DNA from: Octopus bimaculoides
Taxonomy: Eukaryota
Length of the DNA: 64,000 nt
NCBI RefSeq assembly: GCF_001194135.2
Contig: NC_068986.1
Coordinates: forward strand, 111,459,560 to 111,523,559
Direction: 5' to 3'
Part shown: piece after piece, positions 13,263-27,249 of the stretch
Numbering within the stretch: the first letter of the stretch is position 1
How the letters are laid out: every line of letters begins with the position of its first letter
Translations under genes and position numbers: made by a program
Notes under the pieces: model-generated
What the model saw: the letters and a program-made list of their open reading frames with translations, nothing else
Told to the model about the DNA's origin: nothing
Database searches by the model: none

Positions 13263-14439
13263 TCATTGTATTTTGAAATATTTCATTCAAAGAGAGGGGA
13301 AATCACAAGACCAACAATCTTATAAGCAGGCACACAAATAAAGTTTTCGTTATAATCGTTGAGAAACCTCAAAATACTATTAATTTCAGTGGGATATCGA
13401 ATTTTTCAAGTCATAATATTTCTCGTCAAAAACTACTTCACAATTCATGTATAGAGATACAACGATCTTCTCCGGTTTTGTATTTCACTTTGAAAGTAGA
13501 CATAAACATACGTAGGACTTACGAGACGGATTGTATAAGACGCTAAGTGAGAATGTAATTCGATTTGCCAAGTATTTAGATATGCAAATATATGTTTGGA
13601 ATTGAACAACCAGGGAACATCTTGTGAAGTAACACTTCTAATATGATATTAGTGAAACTATTTACATTTTTCTTACTTTACTCTATTTACCAATCTACGT
13701 ATGGTTTACTGTAATGGAAGAGTATATTGAAGTAGAATTTGTTGAGATAATTATGGATACAAACAATGTATGTGTAAACCTCCCTGCGGTAATGGAAAGT
13801 CGAATTTCTTTAAATAATTGCCAGCATTTACACGATTGTACATTTTCATTACCCGATGATGTCAAAATCATAATTCGTTCATAATTACTATATCTTTGGC
13901 GCAGAAAATAAGACTGTTTTCATGTAAGTATAGAGTAAAGTCTATTTAATCGACTCTTGACACAACGTTTGTGCGATTGACTTTAATTATCGTAGACAAA
14001 TGAAAGAGAACTCAAAAGCAATAGCAATGTTCACAGAACGGAGAAAAATAGTTGCACTAAATCTAATCTATAGACAATTGAAATTTTCTAGTTGGCGAAA
14101 AAATATTTTACAACTAGTCCGTTGAAATCCTGAATGGGAACAGAGTGAATCTGCAATTGATTCCAAATTTATGTACGCACAACACATTCACATCTCTTTT
14201 TGTGTGGATGGTATTCGTGTGTAGCTATGTGTATATGTATGTAATTCTATAGAAGTAGAGCTGAAACTAAACGAATGTATCAAACTTTTGAAATACATAC
14301 ATAATACATTCTACATTGGTGTAGGATGTATACGTTACATCATTTTAAGGTCGATAAATAAAGTTAATCCAAATTATTAATCATTTAGTCTTACGCCTTA
14401 TTCTCTCTCTTCCCTCCCTCCTTGCCTGTCACACACACA

Positions 14440-14489
<50 letters not shown>

Positions 14490-15790
14490 CCTATCTCTGT
14501 AATTGTAGTCGGTTTGTTATACCTTGAGACGTTGATAAAAATCAATCAGTGAACTAATAAATTTTGTCATAGTTTCAGAATAGTGTTCGACAGACAGTTA
14601 CGTGAGCTGAAGTTCACATCCTTCTGTTTTGCTAAAGAGTTTTGAATACTTCATATGTAAAATCTTTTAATTTATTCATTTTCCATAACGCCAAAAAGAA
14701 GCTTGTACTCCATCGTCACCTGCTAGAATTAGTATTGATATGTTTCCATTCACCTTCTTTTCTAGAGAACGGTAAGAGGAAGATGTCAGTGCTATCAATT
14801 TTCATCCAACTTCACAGATAGTTTATGAAATTACATTATATTTTACAGATTGTTACATACACATAATCTCAACATAAGAGACTGCGTGGTGATGGGTCCA
14901 AATATATTTGATAAAAATTATTCTACAAACGAATTGATTAAAACCTGAACTGCGAAACTGTAAGTCAGCTATCGACCCTATACATACTTGGATGACATCA
15001 ACTTTCACTGGAACAACACCCAACGATTAGAATACATAATCAAGGCAAAAATGGCTTTTACAAACAATAACAATAACAACACCATCCCAAAGTCATTTAG
15101 ACAAGTAGGAATTATTTGTAGTAAATTATGTAGAAAATAGTTTAACCATAAAATATAAAATATATATCAAAACTAATCTTAGAGTTCATATACTTTACTT
15201 TTTAGGCGAATAAAAAAGTTATCCAGTAATAGCTTGGTCAACATAGCGTGAAGGAGTTAATTTAGAACAATACGGAAGCGAACCATGAATTATATAGTTG
15301 AAATGAAATGATAGTTTACAGATAAAATTTCGTTCTAGCGAGACAGCATAAAAGTGTTATTAAAGGTTAGGTGCATCAATGTGAGAGCAATATTCTTGAG
15401 TTATTTTATATGTTCATCGGAAAGCATAAACTTTATAACATATGTCTTTGGTTCGTAGCCAATTAGCAACACTGAATATATTTGCAACGTAAAACACATA
15501 CAAAAATAAAAATTAAACAACAATAAAAACAACGCCGATAAAAATAATATTCAAGTATGATAAAATCATATCCGACTAATAGCAGAGTTACAACTTGGGA
15601 GGAGAAACTAGAAAACTCAATTCAATATTGATGATGTTTAATTTTATCCTATTGTCTGTTGTGTTAGAATATGTGGTTTGACACAATATTTGAATCAGAA
15701 AACATTGCGTATGCATGTGTACACAGACTTTACCGTTAATTTTAAAGGTGCATATATGCACACGTGCACATATGTGTATACACACACACG

Positions 15791-15828
<38 letters not shown>

Positions 15829-15959
15829 CATATACACACGCAGATACGTCTATATATGCATATATATATATGGGTGTGTGCATGTAAGCATCACACTCTC
15901 TCTCTCTCTCTATCTGTCTATCTATCTATCAATACATTTATACATACACACACATATGT

Positions 15960-16004
<45 letters not shown>

Positions 16005-16187
16005 NNNNNNNNNNNNNNNNNNNNNNNNNNNNNNNNNNNNNNNNNNNNNNNNNNNNNNNNNNNNNNNNNNNNNNNNNNNNNNNNNNNNNNNNNNNNNNNN
16101 NNNNNNNNNNNNNNNNNNNNNNNNNNNNNNNNNNNNNNNNNNNNNNNNNNNNNNNNNNNNNNNNNNNNNNNNNNNNNNNNNNNNNNN

Positions 16188-16230
<43 letters not shown>

Positions 16231-19200
16231 TCTTCAGGAGTTTTTTGTTGTTTCTAATTTTTAAGCATTGAGAAACTTCAAAATACGAAGTTATTCCAAT
16301 ATAAAATTGTTATAAGTTATAGCTTATTAAATAAATATACAGAGTAAAATAGTCTTCGAAATAAAAAAGAAAGAGTGGACAAGATTATTCGCATAACTAC
16401 TTAGACACAGACTTGCATACAGACATACATAGGTAGGTAGGTAGGTATGAATGTATGTGTATGCGTAATTTAAAGCAAATCCGTTCCTTCATAAACCTGA
16501 AAAGTCGATAGTTTCCAGTGTTGCTTAAATAAAACTGATTCGATATATTATCTCGTATATTATATAATATATCCCACAGTAATCTGGTAAAGATTCGATA
16601 AAACTGTTGTGGAAATATGCATTAAAACAAAGCTGCTTACTCCTTTCTCCTTATTAATGTGTATGTAATTTCCACGAATAATGAAGGACCTTCAGGTACC
16701 ATCGGAAAGCGACCTTTTTTTGTTATGTCCTAGTATCTCAACCGATACCCTGGGTGGGCTTTCAAAAGCTGACTACAACGTTCAAACCTAAATCAAATTG
16801 CTTTGTATATATATATATTTGCGTGTGTCTATGTGTGTGAGTGTGTGTGTCTATGTGTCTGTGTGTGTTTGTGTGTGTATGCATTCATGTATGTACACAC
16901 ACACACACACACACACACATACAGCAAGACAGACGGTGAAAGAGAACATAAAGACATATTTATGAACAGGTGCCTTTACAAACGAAAAGATAGCCGATAA
17001 CATTTACACTCATAATCAACATCGCAATAACTTCGTTGTAATTTGTGATAAATTTGTATATTATTATGTATGGGAAATTTTCCTCGCACGCAATCGACAT
17101 CGGCAATGAGGTTTTGTTCCACTGTATAAAATTTGTTTATATTTAACTATTTCAGGTAACCAAATTACTAATTGCATGTTATTTGCACGCTGTATCCTTC
17201 AGAGGAGAATGTGAAATATTCCTGACCAGGGTATAAGATAAATTTGAATGCTGCATTTATTAAAGCAATAATAGTTACCTATTCTGACTCATTGTTAATT
17301 ATAATTATCTATTGTGTCTAGAGATGATTGGTATCTCAGTGTTTTCGATAGCAATATAGTTATTGAATTATATTCGATGTAAGGGGCTTCTAGAATGTTC
17401 TCTTTGATATTTACGTCTCTTCGTTGTTGTGTTAATAATAGACTTTGAATACGTTTCAATTCATTAGTCGTTGCTCATCACTCAGCGATGCACTATGAAA
17501 TTGACAAATTATATTACGGGAACATGTATTAACGAGTTAATTGTACATGTTATCATGTACCAATGCATTTCCAATGATTTTGTTCTGCAGAGTAAATCAT
17601 GATCAAGCTTGGATTACGACTAACTTTTATAATATGCTATTGTAAAATCCAGTCTCATCCGGATACGTAGCCTCTCCGAAAAATCGTCATTAGAGACCAT
17701 TCCCCTTGTTAATGATAATATACATTTATTAGTTTAATTATTATAAAATTATAGAATTCTCGCTCGAAATATAAGAAAGCTACATAAACGAATGAATAGA
17801 AACTTGAAACTTTTAATGGCTTTTCTTTCCTGATCTGTGGAAACTCTGAAATGTTCCGCTTGATGTTTAGTCTCACTTTAATCCTGCACAAGGAAACGTG
17901 TGATCATAAACATTCAGGCGCTGACTATCTTGTCATTAAGTAGGAGTGTCTACGAATACACTATCTAATGTGTACTTTTTTTAAGACCGTGCGGATACTA
18001 ATAAGACGAATAGAATTATACTACACATAAGTTCTAAATTTATCGATATCATCTTTCATTCGAGAGAAGGTAATCGTACTCCTTGTAGCATTTGCAACTG
18101 ATTGCAAGAAAAAGGGGAGAAAAGCCCAAGATTCAAGAAGATTGCAAAACTAGTATGTTATTAAATAAAGGTAGAATTAGTTGTTTTCTAAAAGCAAGCA
18201 AACTGTTCTTGGCATGATGATTAATAGATCTGGCCTCACACATTAACCATGCAGCCTCTTTTATAAATAAATAGTCACATCATCAAAGGTTTCAAGCTAC
18301 GAGATAATGCATGATTAGTTGAAAACAATGTAAATAAATATGCGTTACATTTGACAATGTAATTTGAAAGCTAAAGGGTTCATACTTCAGCCGCATTGTT
18401 ATAGGCGGCAAACTATCTACTTCGTTATAAATTATCGCCATTGTAATTGCATTTGATTTATTTCAAGAAGATTGAAACAGGCATTTTTTGTTCTCTTATG
18501 GAAGGGTTGTGTTCTACTAATTTCGCATTCAATTTGCTATCTACTCAATCTGCGTTTGGTAGAAGAATAGTTTAGAGAAAAGGACAGGAAATTCTTTTGA
18601 AAGAAAATTCAGCCCTTGAATGTTCGACGTCTTCACGAAATCAGGTGTGTTTGTCAGAAACTTGTACTATTGCGGGGACATGCAAATTTTGGAAACAGAG
18701 TCCGATTCACGAAAATTCTGTCAATTGGACTTGTGCGACGCAAACGCATAACGACAAAACCTTTTTACAGACATTCGTACAATAGTGTTTGTGTATCCAT
18801 GAATAATACATCAAGACTGGTCGAGTAGTTGTTGTCAAGCGCAGGGATCGTTTATCGACTGAATCCAACTTGAAGATCGTTGCACAATCTTCTATTCGTG
18901 ACAAAGTGGTTTTCCTTCATTGATGATGACAAGTAAAGAGATGGTCTGCACGACCAGACTTAATTGTATGATGAGAAACACTTTTCACTTTGGTTAACAC
19001 CTTATCAATCAAGATTTTTTAAAATCTTATCTCCAAAAGAAGGTGGCAGTGACATAAGTAGCGCTACCAACCGATGGAATTCATTAAAAGTCGGACACAG
19101 TAGAAACCATGCTACTTGTATATGGATCTACTCTGAGAATTCTCCTGTAGACAAAGAAGCACAGATGATAGCTTTCCTTTAAACTTACATTTTTCGCCGA

Positions 19201-19484
19201 TTCAAATTTTATGACGTTTCCTTTATTTGCCATACGTTCGTCTCTCCTATAAAGGAATCCAACTTACTAATTTTAGTTTAATTATCCCACTTACATGTTC
19301 TCTTTAGGTCCTACTATAGTTATTAGGGGCTGTTGAAATATCAGGTGTCGCAGAACGTTGTGTTTCGTCCTTCTGTTGATTGTCTCAGTGGAAATTCCGC
19401 CAGTAAAAGTGTCGCCTTTCAGCCGGGCAATGAAGAGAGATTGTAGTCAAGTGTGGCCTTCGATGTCAGGGAGTTGACGGCTTT

Positions 19485-19640
19485 GCTCAAAATAGCTTGC
19501 TTTCCCTGTCTGAATCATAAACCATCGATGACGACGTGCTGAGTTCAAATTCCACCTATGTCAAATTCGCCACTTAAGTATTTAGTGTCAATAGAATTAC
19601 AAACCAATTACCAGAGTGAAGGTAACTGATTTTCTCGTCA
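19485..19640 (+). mobile_element. SINE family A copy (highly degenerate)
   Basis: ACGTGCTGAGTTCAAATTCCACCTATGTCAAATTCGCC matches the family B-box and central block. Confidence 0.5.
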
Positions 19641-21703
19641 AACAAAAAAGAAAACAAAAAGAAAACAAAAAGAAAAAAAAAGAGGCAGCCGTGGTGCTTA
19701 TATTAGAAACACCGATTATTATTATAAATAATTGCAGAGGTCACAATCGGTAGAGCTACGACACAATTCCTTGTGATATTTTTTCCTTCAATCCCTCCAA
19801 AATATTGATTAGGAGCTTAAGGAAATAAGCATCTGTTAAGTACTTCGTTAATACAATCAGCAACATGCTTCGCCCACTTCTGTCGAATTGCACCCAATTT
19901 AAATTTGAAAAATACGAAAAAATAAATATCTTACTAAAAATAACAGTTATTAATGGTATTAGTAGTAGTCTTAAGTCAAGTCTTATAGTAGAATTAACTT
20001 TTAATAATGTCTGAGACACAAACACACAAATACGATACAGTTTAATTTTTATTTATTTTCTTTTAGCTTAAACCTAATACAATTAAATCGTATTTTATTA
20101 CAGTGTTTTTCGAATGTCAAAAGGGCTGTAAAATTTGGCAAAATTCCAGCTGTTATTGGAAGAATCGATGGCAATGGTGATTTATTTATTTTCACTTTAG
20201 TTTGCTCTTTTATCAAAGCCAGCAATAGTTCTTCCCGCCAATCTTAGAATCTCCTTCTGTCTAAGTTTAGCTTCGTACATGACGGCTAGATTTAAAACTC
20301 TATCATTTTAAAGATTTTAGCCAGCAATCTTCAGCTTTGGCGAACACGACTTTTCAAATATTTACACACAGACGATGTGTGTACTGTGAATGTTTAACTG
20401 CTTGTATGTGTGTGCGTGCTTATGCTCTATATATGTGTTATAAAGAGTGCGATGGAGGGAGAGGAAACACAATGGCTGTGTGAAATTTAAACGATGAATG
20501 TGAGTGAGATGAAAGGAAAGAAATGGTGGAAGACATAGAGGTAGATGCTGAATGAAGAAGAGCAGAGAGCAAGGAGAAAAGGCTGTGTAGAAAGCACACA
20601 GACAGGGACAGATAGGGTGAGGAAGAAATCGAAATCTGACAGACATTCAATGATAAAGAAGTAGTAAATAGTTAGAGATCCATACAACCGATGAGAAAGA
20701 AATACACTTTGATGAGAAGAGACAAGTAAATTAGAAGATGTAAAAGAGAAAAATAGAGAAGGTGAAACAGAGAACAAAGATAAAGAAGCAGGAGTGACCA
20801 AATGAGAAATATATAAGGAAGTACTAATAGAAAAACAAGTGCTGTAGGTCCTGACAGAGGGAAAGATGAAGGCGACAGATGGAATATCGAGCGTTGTTTT
20901 CTGAAATACCATTTCCCATCCCAATCGACGCCATTCTCTTCCTGAGACCAAATTAATTTGTTAAGTGTATTTTGGTGTCTACTGCTGGCACAAACACGCC
21001 TGAAAATCGACAGATTCTTCACTCATCTAGCCATTCATCAAAGTCGGAAATAAGCGAAGTCACATAAATTTCATTAGCCATAAACAACAAATGCGAATAA
21101 TAGAGTGCCGTAAACAGTCAGGCGGTAATTAGAGTCAGCTGGTGTTGGTAGGGTATACTTGATGGAATATAACAGTAATTTGCACACATATGTAGCCATA
21201 ACTATACATGGTGGACGATGAGACTTATAATAGTACCATACACATCGTTACTAGCGCCTTCTTCATTAATTATTTACTTAAAAAAGAATAACATTACGGG
21301 GCAATTTGTGGTTTATGTAATGCCAAATTTCTGTTCTAACCGACGTAGTCGCTATGGAGATTTCGATATTTCCAATGCAATCATTTTTTAAAACACTCGC
21401 CATTTCTGCACACATAAAACATCCTCATAAAATATACTTAGAATAAAAGAAACCAGCAGTGAACTATTAACCAATTTCAATGCAACGATGATGATGATAT
21501 TCGTTACAATGTCATCGCCATGATCATTGCTGCTTACGATAAAACATGGTACTAACTGCTTCTGTCATATATTCTTTAAAAAGATTAGTCTAGAATCATC
21601 ATCTTAACAAAGATTAAATTATACAGTTCTATATTTAAGAGATGAGCAATTATTTACATTATTTACATTTGACGGATATTTGTCCTCATCTCGTTTGTTG
21701 TTA

Positions 21704-21747
21704 ACACAATGTTTCAGCTGATATACCCTCCAGCCTTCATCAAGTGT
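21704..21747 (-). ncRNA. hammerhead-like motif in the inverted arm (mutated)
   Basis: Minus strand ACAC-TTGATGA-A-GGCTG-GAGGGTATAT-CAGCT-GAAAC-ATT-GTGT. Confidence 0.55.
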
Positions 21748-21821
21748 CACTTGCATATGGCGTAGTGGTTAAGAGCGTGGGCTACTAGCCCCAAGATTCC
21801 GAGTTCGATTCCAGACAGTGA

Positions 21822-21893
<72 letters not shown>

Positions 21894-21946
21894 CAACATC
21901 GAAAAATAGCTTAGAAATGAAAACCCAGGTTCGAAATTTCCCCAAT

Positions 21947-21990
21947 GCACCTGATGAAGGCTGGAGGATATGTTAGCCGAAAGGTTGTGT
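21947..21990 (+). ncRNA. minimal type I hammerhead ribozyme-like motif
   Basis: GCAC-CTGATGA-A-GGCTG-loop-TAGCC-GAAA-G-GTT-GTGT. Intact CUGAUGA and GAAA cores, with stems I and II pairing (G-U allowed). Position 15.2 is C>G. Confidence 0.7.
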
Positions 21991-22178
21991 TAACAACAAA
22001 CAGGATAAGGATAAATATCCGTCAAGTGTAAATAATGTAAAGATTAAATTCGACGACAAGACGGTCTTTAATATTAGTTGCTTCACGGTAAGGTTGTTAC
22101 CTATATATCCTTTCTAACGGAATTATCACACAATCACATACATCTATACATACACTTTTATACCGTTTTTCTCACTCC

Positions 22179-22215
<37 letters not shown>

Positions 22216-22745
22216 TCTCTCGCTCACTCTCTCTCTCTCCCATTCCCTTTCCCCTTTTATTCACATATATATATAAATACACGCACACATACATATATAC
22301 ATATCGATTTATGTGTATGCATGTATGTTTCCTTCAGCTTTCAATTAATTAAATTCTTGCTCTTTAGACGGCGCTGTTTTCTAGCAAAGATACAAAATTC
22401 CATTGTTGGAATGGAGATAACAAAACGATGTCACATTTCAAAGTTGAGAAAAGTTTTACATATATTTACTCTTTCCGTTATTGATTATATTTGTAATGTG
22501 CAAGTTATTTGATTGGTCGGATTGTTGGTTCGCTGCTTTTTGAAGAACCTTAACTTATCCAGATTATCACTTAATCGTTTATTCCTAAATCCAAATTCAC
22601 CAATTATAATTACAAATATACATTTATAATCGTGATATAGAAGTAGTTTCGAAGCAGTAGTCCATATTTATCCTTTTTCTTAGAGAGACAGATAGACAGA
22701 CAAGGCAGATGCATACATTCACTTATATACTCAAGCATGGCTATA

Positions 22746-22959
22746 TATTCTTTTCTAATCTAGGCAGAAGACCCGAAATTTTTGGTGAGGGGGCCAGTCG
22801 ATTATATCGACGCCAGTACGCAACTTTAATTTATCGTTAATTTATCGACACCGAACAATGAAAGGCAAAGTTGGCCTCGGCAGAATTTGAACTCGAACGT
22901 AAAGACAGAATACCGCCAAGCATTTCGCCCGCGTCCTAACACTTCTGCCAGCTCGCCGA
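22746..22959 (-). mobile_element. SINE family A copy (well preserved)
   Basis: Reverse complement GGCGAGCTGGCAGAAGTGTTAGGACGCGGGCGAAATGCTTGGCGG...GAGTTCAAATTCTGCCGAGGCCAACTTTGCCTTTCA...GTCGATATAATCGAC. Carries a short internal duplication (TTAATTTATCG). Confidence 0.9.
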
Positions 22960-23624
22960 CTTAGCATTGCTACATGTCAGTATTCTTTTGATTTTCTGAA
23001 TCTATGAAAATATTTCAGATCATGTTGATGTATAACGTTAATTATATTGGCTAACAATTTCCCTGTTATTTATTTTATCCAAAAGAAGTTTCGTTTAATC
23101 ACAGCAAAGTTCCTCAGTGTTAGTTACTGGAAGCATCTGCGCTCTCATTTAGTGAAAGTTTCTCTCCAGTTAGCGAAGTTAATACCACATGTAGCTCATC
23201 AATACACTTCAACTTGTCAATGTAGGAGTGCTGGAAATTCCTATGCTGTACAAGAATCTAAGAATGAATCATTAGCAAAACCTATGCTCGTTTGAAAGGA
23301 TTATTCTTCGCACATCTTTGTCACATCTTTTATATGGCGTTCGACAACGTCCGCCTGACTATTATAACAATCAGTATTTTAAACTGTATATTCAATGTTT
23401 GATTACAATTTTTGCATGAATCAGCAGAGAATCTACACTAAACTCAGCTACATACAATCGTGTTACTTTGTATGTTGAATGGGTATGCTTATTCCAAAAA
23501 TACTTTACACAAGGTGTGTGCAAATAGCGGAAATCACGCTAATCGACACGTATGTACACACGCGCGCGCGCGCACACACACACACACACACAAACACACT
23601 CATATATATATATGGCAGTACAAA

Positions 23625-24360
23625 ATCAAAGCTTGCTTGCCAAAATCTACCAGTTTGACGTTCTTGAAAAGGTTTCTGACCCTTGATGAAACAATAGATC
23701 ATCTCGTCTCGAGATGCCCTGTGCTGACACCAAACGAATACGAATTCCCCACCATAAGGTAGGATAGTATTTTCATAAGAAAATATGTAAACATTACAAA
23801 ATCAGCACTCTTGCTTATTGGTATGAACATCATCCTGTGTCAGTCGTTGAAGGTAAAAGTTACTATCCTCTGGGATAGAACGACCCAGGTTGGTTGGCGA
23901 GCCATATTCATTAAAGACAGGGAAGAAAATAATTGTAGAGAAATAGATGTAATTTTTCCACTGATTAAAACATTTTCATGAAGGAATTAGACAAATATAA
24001 GGACTTGGAAATTGAAATATAATAGATGTTGCAACTTATAGCGTGAATTGTTCCTGTTATTTTGGACGCCTTAGGTATGATAAAAAGGGGATGTTAAAAA
24101 TATATAGATAATATCCCAGGAGAACCATGTCTCAGAGTAATACAAAAGATTGTGCTGGCAAATACTGCCAACATCCTTCGGAAATCCGTATCAGTTTAAA
24201 TATCTGTGTTGCATTACATGAAGATATTTCGCTATTGCCCCTGCCACTTCCCCTCCTCAAGCTTTCAGTCATACTGTAACATATGTTATCTCTCAACGCC
24301 CTAGGACGTTGGATGCGTCTGGGTAGGTGATTGTAGCAAACGTGTAGATTATAAGTAAAT
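23625..24360 (+). mobile_element. 5'-truncated R4/Dong-type element (zinc knuckle + RLE + 3'UTR) ending in an (AAT)n tail
   Basis: DETIDHLVSRCPVLTPNEY, IHKKICKHY, WYEHHP, ILWD, DLEIE, IPVI.G.LG and NTANILRK motifs with frameshifts. The 3'UTR runs into (AAT)n at 24361. Confidence 0.8.
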
Positions 24361-24361
24361 A

Positions 24362-24427
<66 letters not shown>

Positions 24428-24470
24428 TAATAATAATAATAATAATGATACTACTACTAATAATAATAAT
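24361..24470. repeat. (AAT)n tract between two R4/Dong-type copies
   Basis: Read directly. Confidence 0.97.
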
Positions 24471-24471
24471 G

Positions 24472-27235
24472 GTGACCTCATATCAAGAGAAGCAGCGCAT
24501 GTCCTTGCAAGTAGAGCCCAGTGAAAATTTTCTTCAAGGTGATGAGTTCATCACGCTGAAGAAATCCCCGACTTCACAGACACGCGCTCCTGCACACATT
24601 CTTTTATTGTTAAACATTTTTAATTGAAAGCATATGACATTGCTGGAGCAAATGTGGAAAAGGGGACTACGAAATAAAGCGAAGACTTGCAGAAAAGACC
24701 CGAGTAAGATAGAAGCCTGGAAACTCAGCAATTTAGGAAACAGAAGATTTCAATATTCTCTTTCTTGAGAAAAGATACTTAGTCGTAAGGAAAGGATATG
24801 AGACAGTCACAGAAGAGCTGAAAGAGCATATCATAGCAGTAGTAGGGAAACTTTCCAAATATCAGAAAATAATAGAACAGTTGCAAAAAAATATTTTATT
24901 TGGGAGAGACCAGAGGATGTTTTATAACCAAATGAATATTGGAGAAGAAAGTACTGCAATGGAAAAAACTAATGCAGAAGAATCTACTAAGTTCTGGAGA
25001 AATATTTAGGATAATCCAGTCAATCATAATGGAGATGCAGTATGATTAAAGAAAGTGAAATAAGAACTAGAGAGTAGGTGGCAACGATATCTCAGGCTAA
25101 CTAGTACATTAATGAGCAAACCTTTTGGGAAAATGCCGAATTTGAAGGGCCCAGTACAAGATTTAGTGCAAGGTTACTGGGTATAGAAATTTTGTAGCCT
25201 ACATGGGGCGCAGAGGAAACAACTACAGGATTGCCTTAAAGGAAGCATGATATCAGACTGGATGACTAGAGGGAGGACAATAATAAGAGCAAGGTTACTA
25301 CAGCTACAAATTATAAACCAATCACTTGCTTACCATTAGAGTGGAAGCTGTTCAAAGGAATCCTTTCAGAAAGCATTCACGAGCACATTGTCAACCACAA
25401 ATTTCCTGCCAGAAGAGCAGAAAGGCTAGAGGAACGCATGATCTACAATGCATAAACAAACCAGTTCTAAATGAAGTAAAATCTAGAAGCAAAAATCTAA
25501 CAATTGCATGGATACATTGTAAGATGTCGTATGACATGATCCTATACTCATGAATAAGTGAATGTTTGAGTATATCCGATAACGCGCAGAACATAGAGAA
25601 TTAATTAGCAATAGCATGAAGAAATAGAAAGTAGATCTCTACTCAAGTAGCACAGTCTTATATCAAGAGAGTGATTTCCCAAGGAGACTCGTTATCCCCT
25701 TTAATATGTTTGGTTTCTCGCAGTTTCGTATTACGAAAGGCAAAGCAGAGTATCAGTTAATAAATAGTAAAGGAAAAATTATCATTTACTCTAAATGAAA
25801 GATCTAAAGCCATTTAATAAGAATGAAAATGAGATATATTACTTAATACAAACTGTAAGCAGCTTCAGCAAAGATATAGGCATGGCTTTTGGCATCGACA
25901 AATCTGCAATATTAGTCATGAGAAGGGGACAGGTAGTCAACAGCGAAGGCATCCAATTACTAGATAACCAGACAATAAAATCTTTGAAAGTAAGAGTGCG
26001 TTAAAAGAATCTAGGAGTATTAGAATCTGACAGAGTATTAACTATAGAATGAAAACGGAAATTGAAAAAGAGTACATCAGAATGGTGAAGAAGATAATGA
26101 TTTCAAAGTTAAATGGTCAGAATCCTGTAAAGGTTGTAAATACTTGGGTATTTACATACTTAGATACCCAGCAGCTTTTGTACATCGCACAAAATCTTAA
26201 GCAGTGAAGTTAGACAGGAGAATTAGGAAGGAATTCGATATGAATGGAGGTCTCCAACCAAGAGTGGGAGTAGCAGGATTATACTTACCTAGAAATGAAG
26301 GTGGAAGAGGGATAATATCTGCATGGAGTAAGCTAGATTAAATATAGACTCCTATATAGATAATAGTGAGGAAAGTTTATTCAAAGCTTCTAGAATCAGC
26401 GCATGAGATAGGGAAATCAAATCGAAAGCGAAGTTAAAAACTAGAAAAAGAGCAAAAGTTCTATGACTAGCAGGAGAACGCTTTGTATGGTGGATTCCTG
26501 ACGATAGTAGTACTGATATATGGCTATGGTTGCAGAAATGAAGGCTGAAGGGGAGACAAGAAGATTTTTGTAGCAACATAAGATCAAGCATTAAAGACTA
26601 ATTGGATAAAGGCCATGATAGACAAAATCCAGTAGATTCCCAATGTAGGGTATGAATATCAGAAGTGGAACGTATTACTCATATAGTAAGTTAATGTAGC
26701 GTGCTGGCACGGAAAAAATACAAGAAAAGATATGACAACCTAGAGAGAGTAATCCACTGGGAACTATTTAGTAAATTATGATTTAGCCATAATGATAACT
26801 GGTATGAACATGAAACTAATAAAGTACTGGAAAGTAAGAACCATAAAATGTTGTTGGACTTTAACATTTAAACTGACAGAGTATCAAAGGCCAGACTAAG
26901 TAGTATACGACAAACAGGTCCCATATGATAAAAAAAATCAATATTAGAGGTGTGGAAAAATAGCAAAGTTACAAGACCTGGCAATTGACTTGCAGAGACA
27001 ATGGAATGTGCTGGTAAAATGTATCTCAGTATTAGGAACTATCCCTATATATTTGAGCAGATGGATACAGAAAATAGGCATAAAACGCAGTTTAGTACAG
27101 CTGCAGAAAACCTTTCTTAAGGACGGCTCGGATACTTAGGAGGTTTGTCGGCATCTAATTTTACATGTTGCGGCCCGATGTTAGGACTTTTTGTTTTCCA
27201 ACTGTGTAATCAGTGGTGAGTATATGAACAACAAC
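24472..27235 (+). mobile_element. decayed R4/Dong-type non-LTR retrotransposon, about 2.75 kb (pre-RT, RT, zinc knuckle, RLE, 3'UTR)
   Basis: VTEELK, KFWRNI, NY.PITCLP..WKL, F.QGDSLSPL, a degenerate YMDDLK, LYLPRNEGGRG, KYKKRYD, WYEHE, KLQDLAID and LQKTF.RTARILRR motifs. Many stops and frameshifts. Same subfamily as 56912-58748. Confidence 0.9.
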
Positions 27236-27249
27236 AAAAATATTCCACT

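Larger units (their letters stand above)
21621..22038 (+). mobile_element. hammerhead-bearing tRNA-SINE (copy 2) with an inverted 3'-end duplication at its 5' side and a 12-bp TSD
   Basis: A box 21758-21768, B box 21801-21812, (AAT)n 21827-21897, hammerhead 21947-21990. 21652-21747 is the reverse complement of 21947-22041. The direct repeat AAAGATTAAATT occurs at 21609-21620 and 22039-22050. Confidence 0.9.

Noticed and set aside
18600-19000. Possible hAT transposase remnant (CIIH on the minus strand, LDSVD upstream)
   Set aside because: Motif spacing is inconsistent with hAT and there is no other supporting block or TIR.
24361-24470. Repeat-spacer-like alternation of (AAT)n and unique islands as a CRISPR-like array
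   Set aside because: This is a eukaryotic context: the repeats are simple microsatellites and the spacers are retrotransposon fragments.
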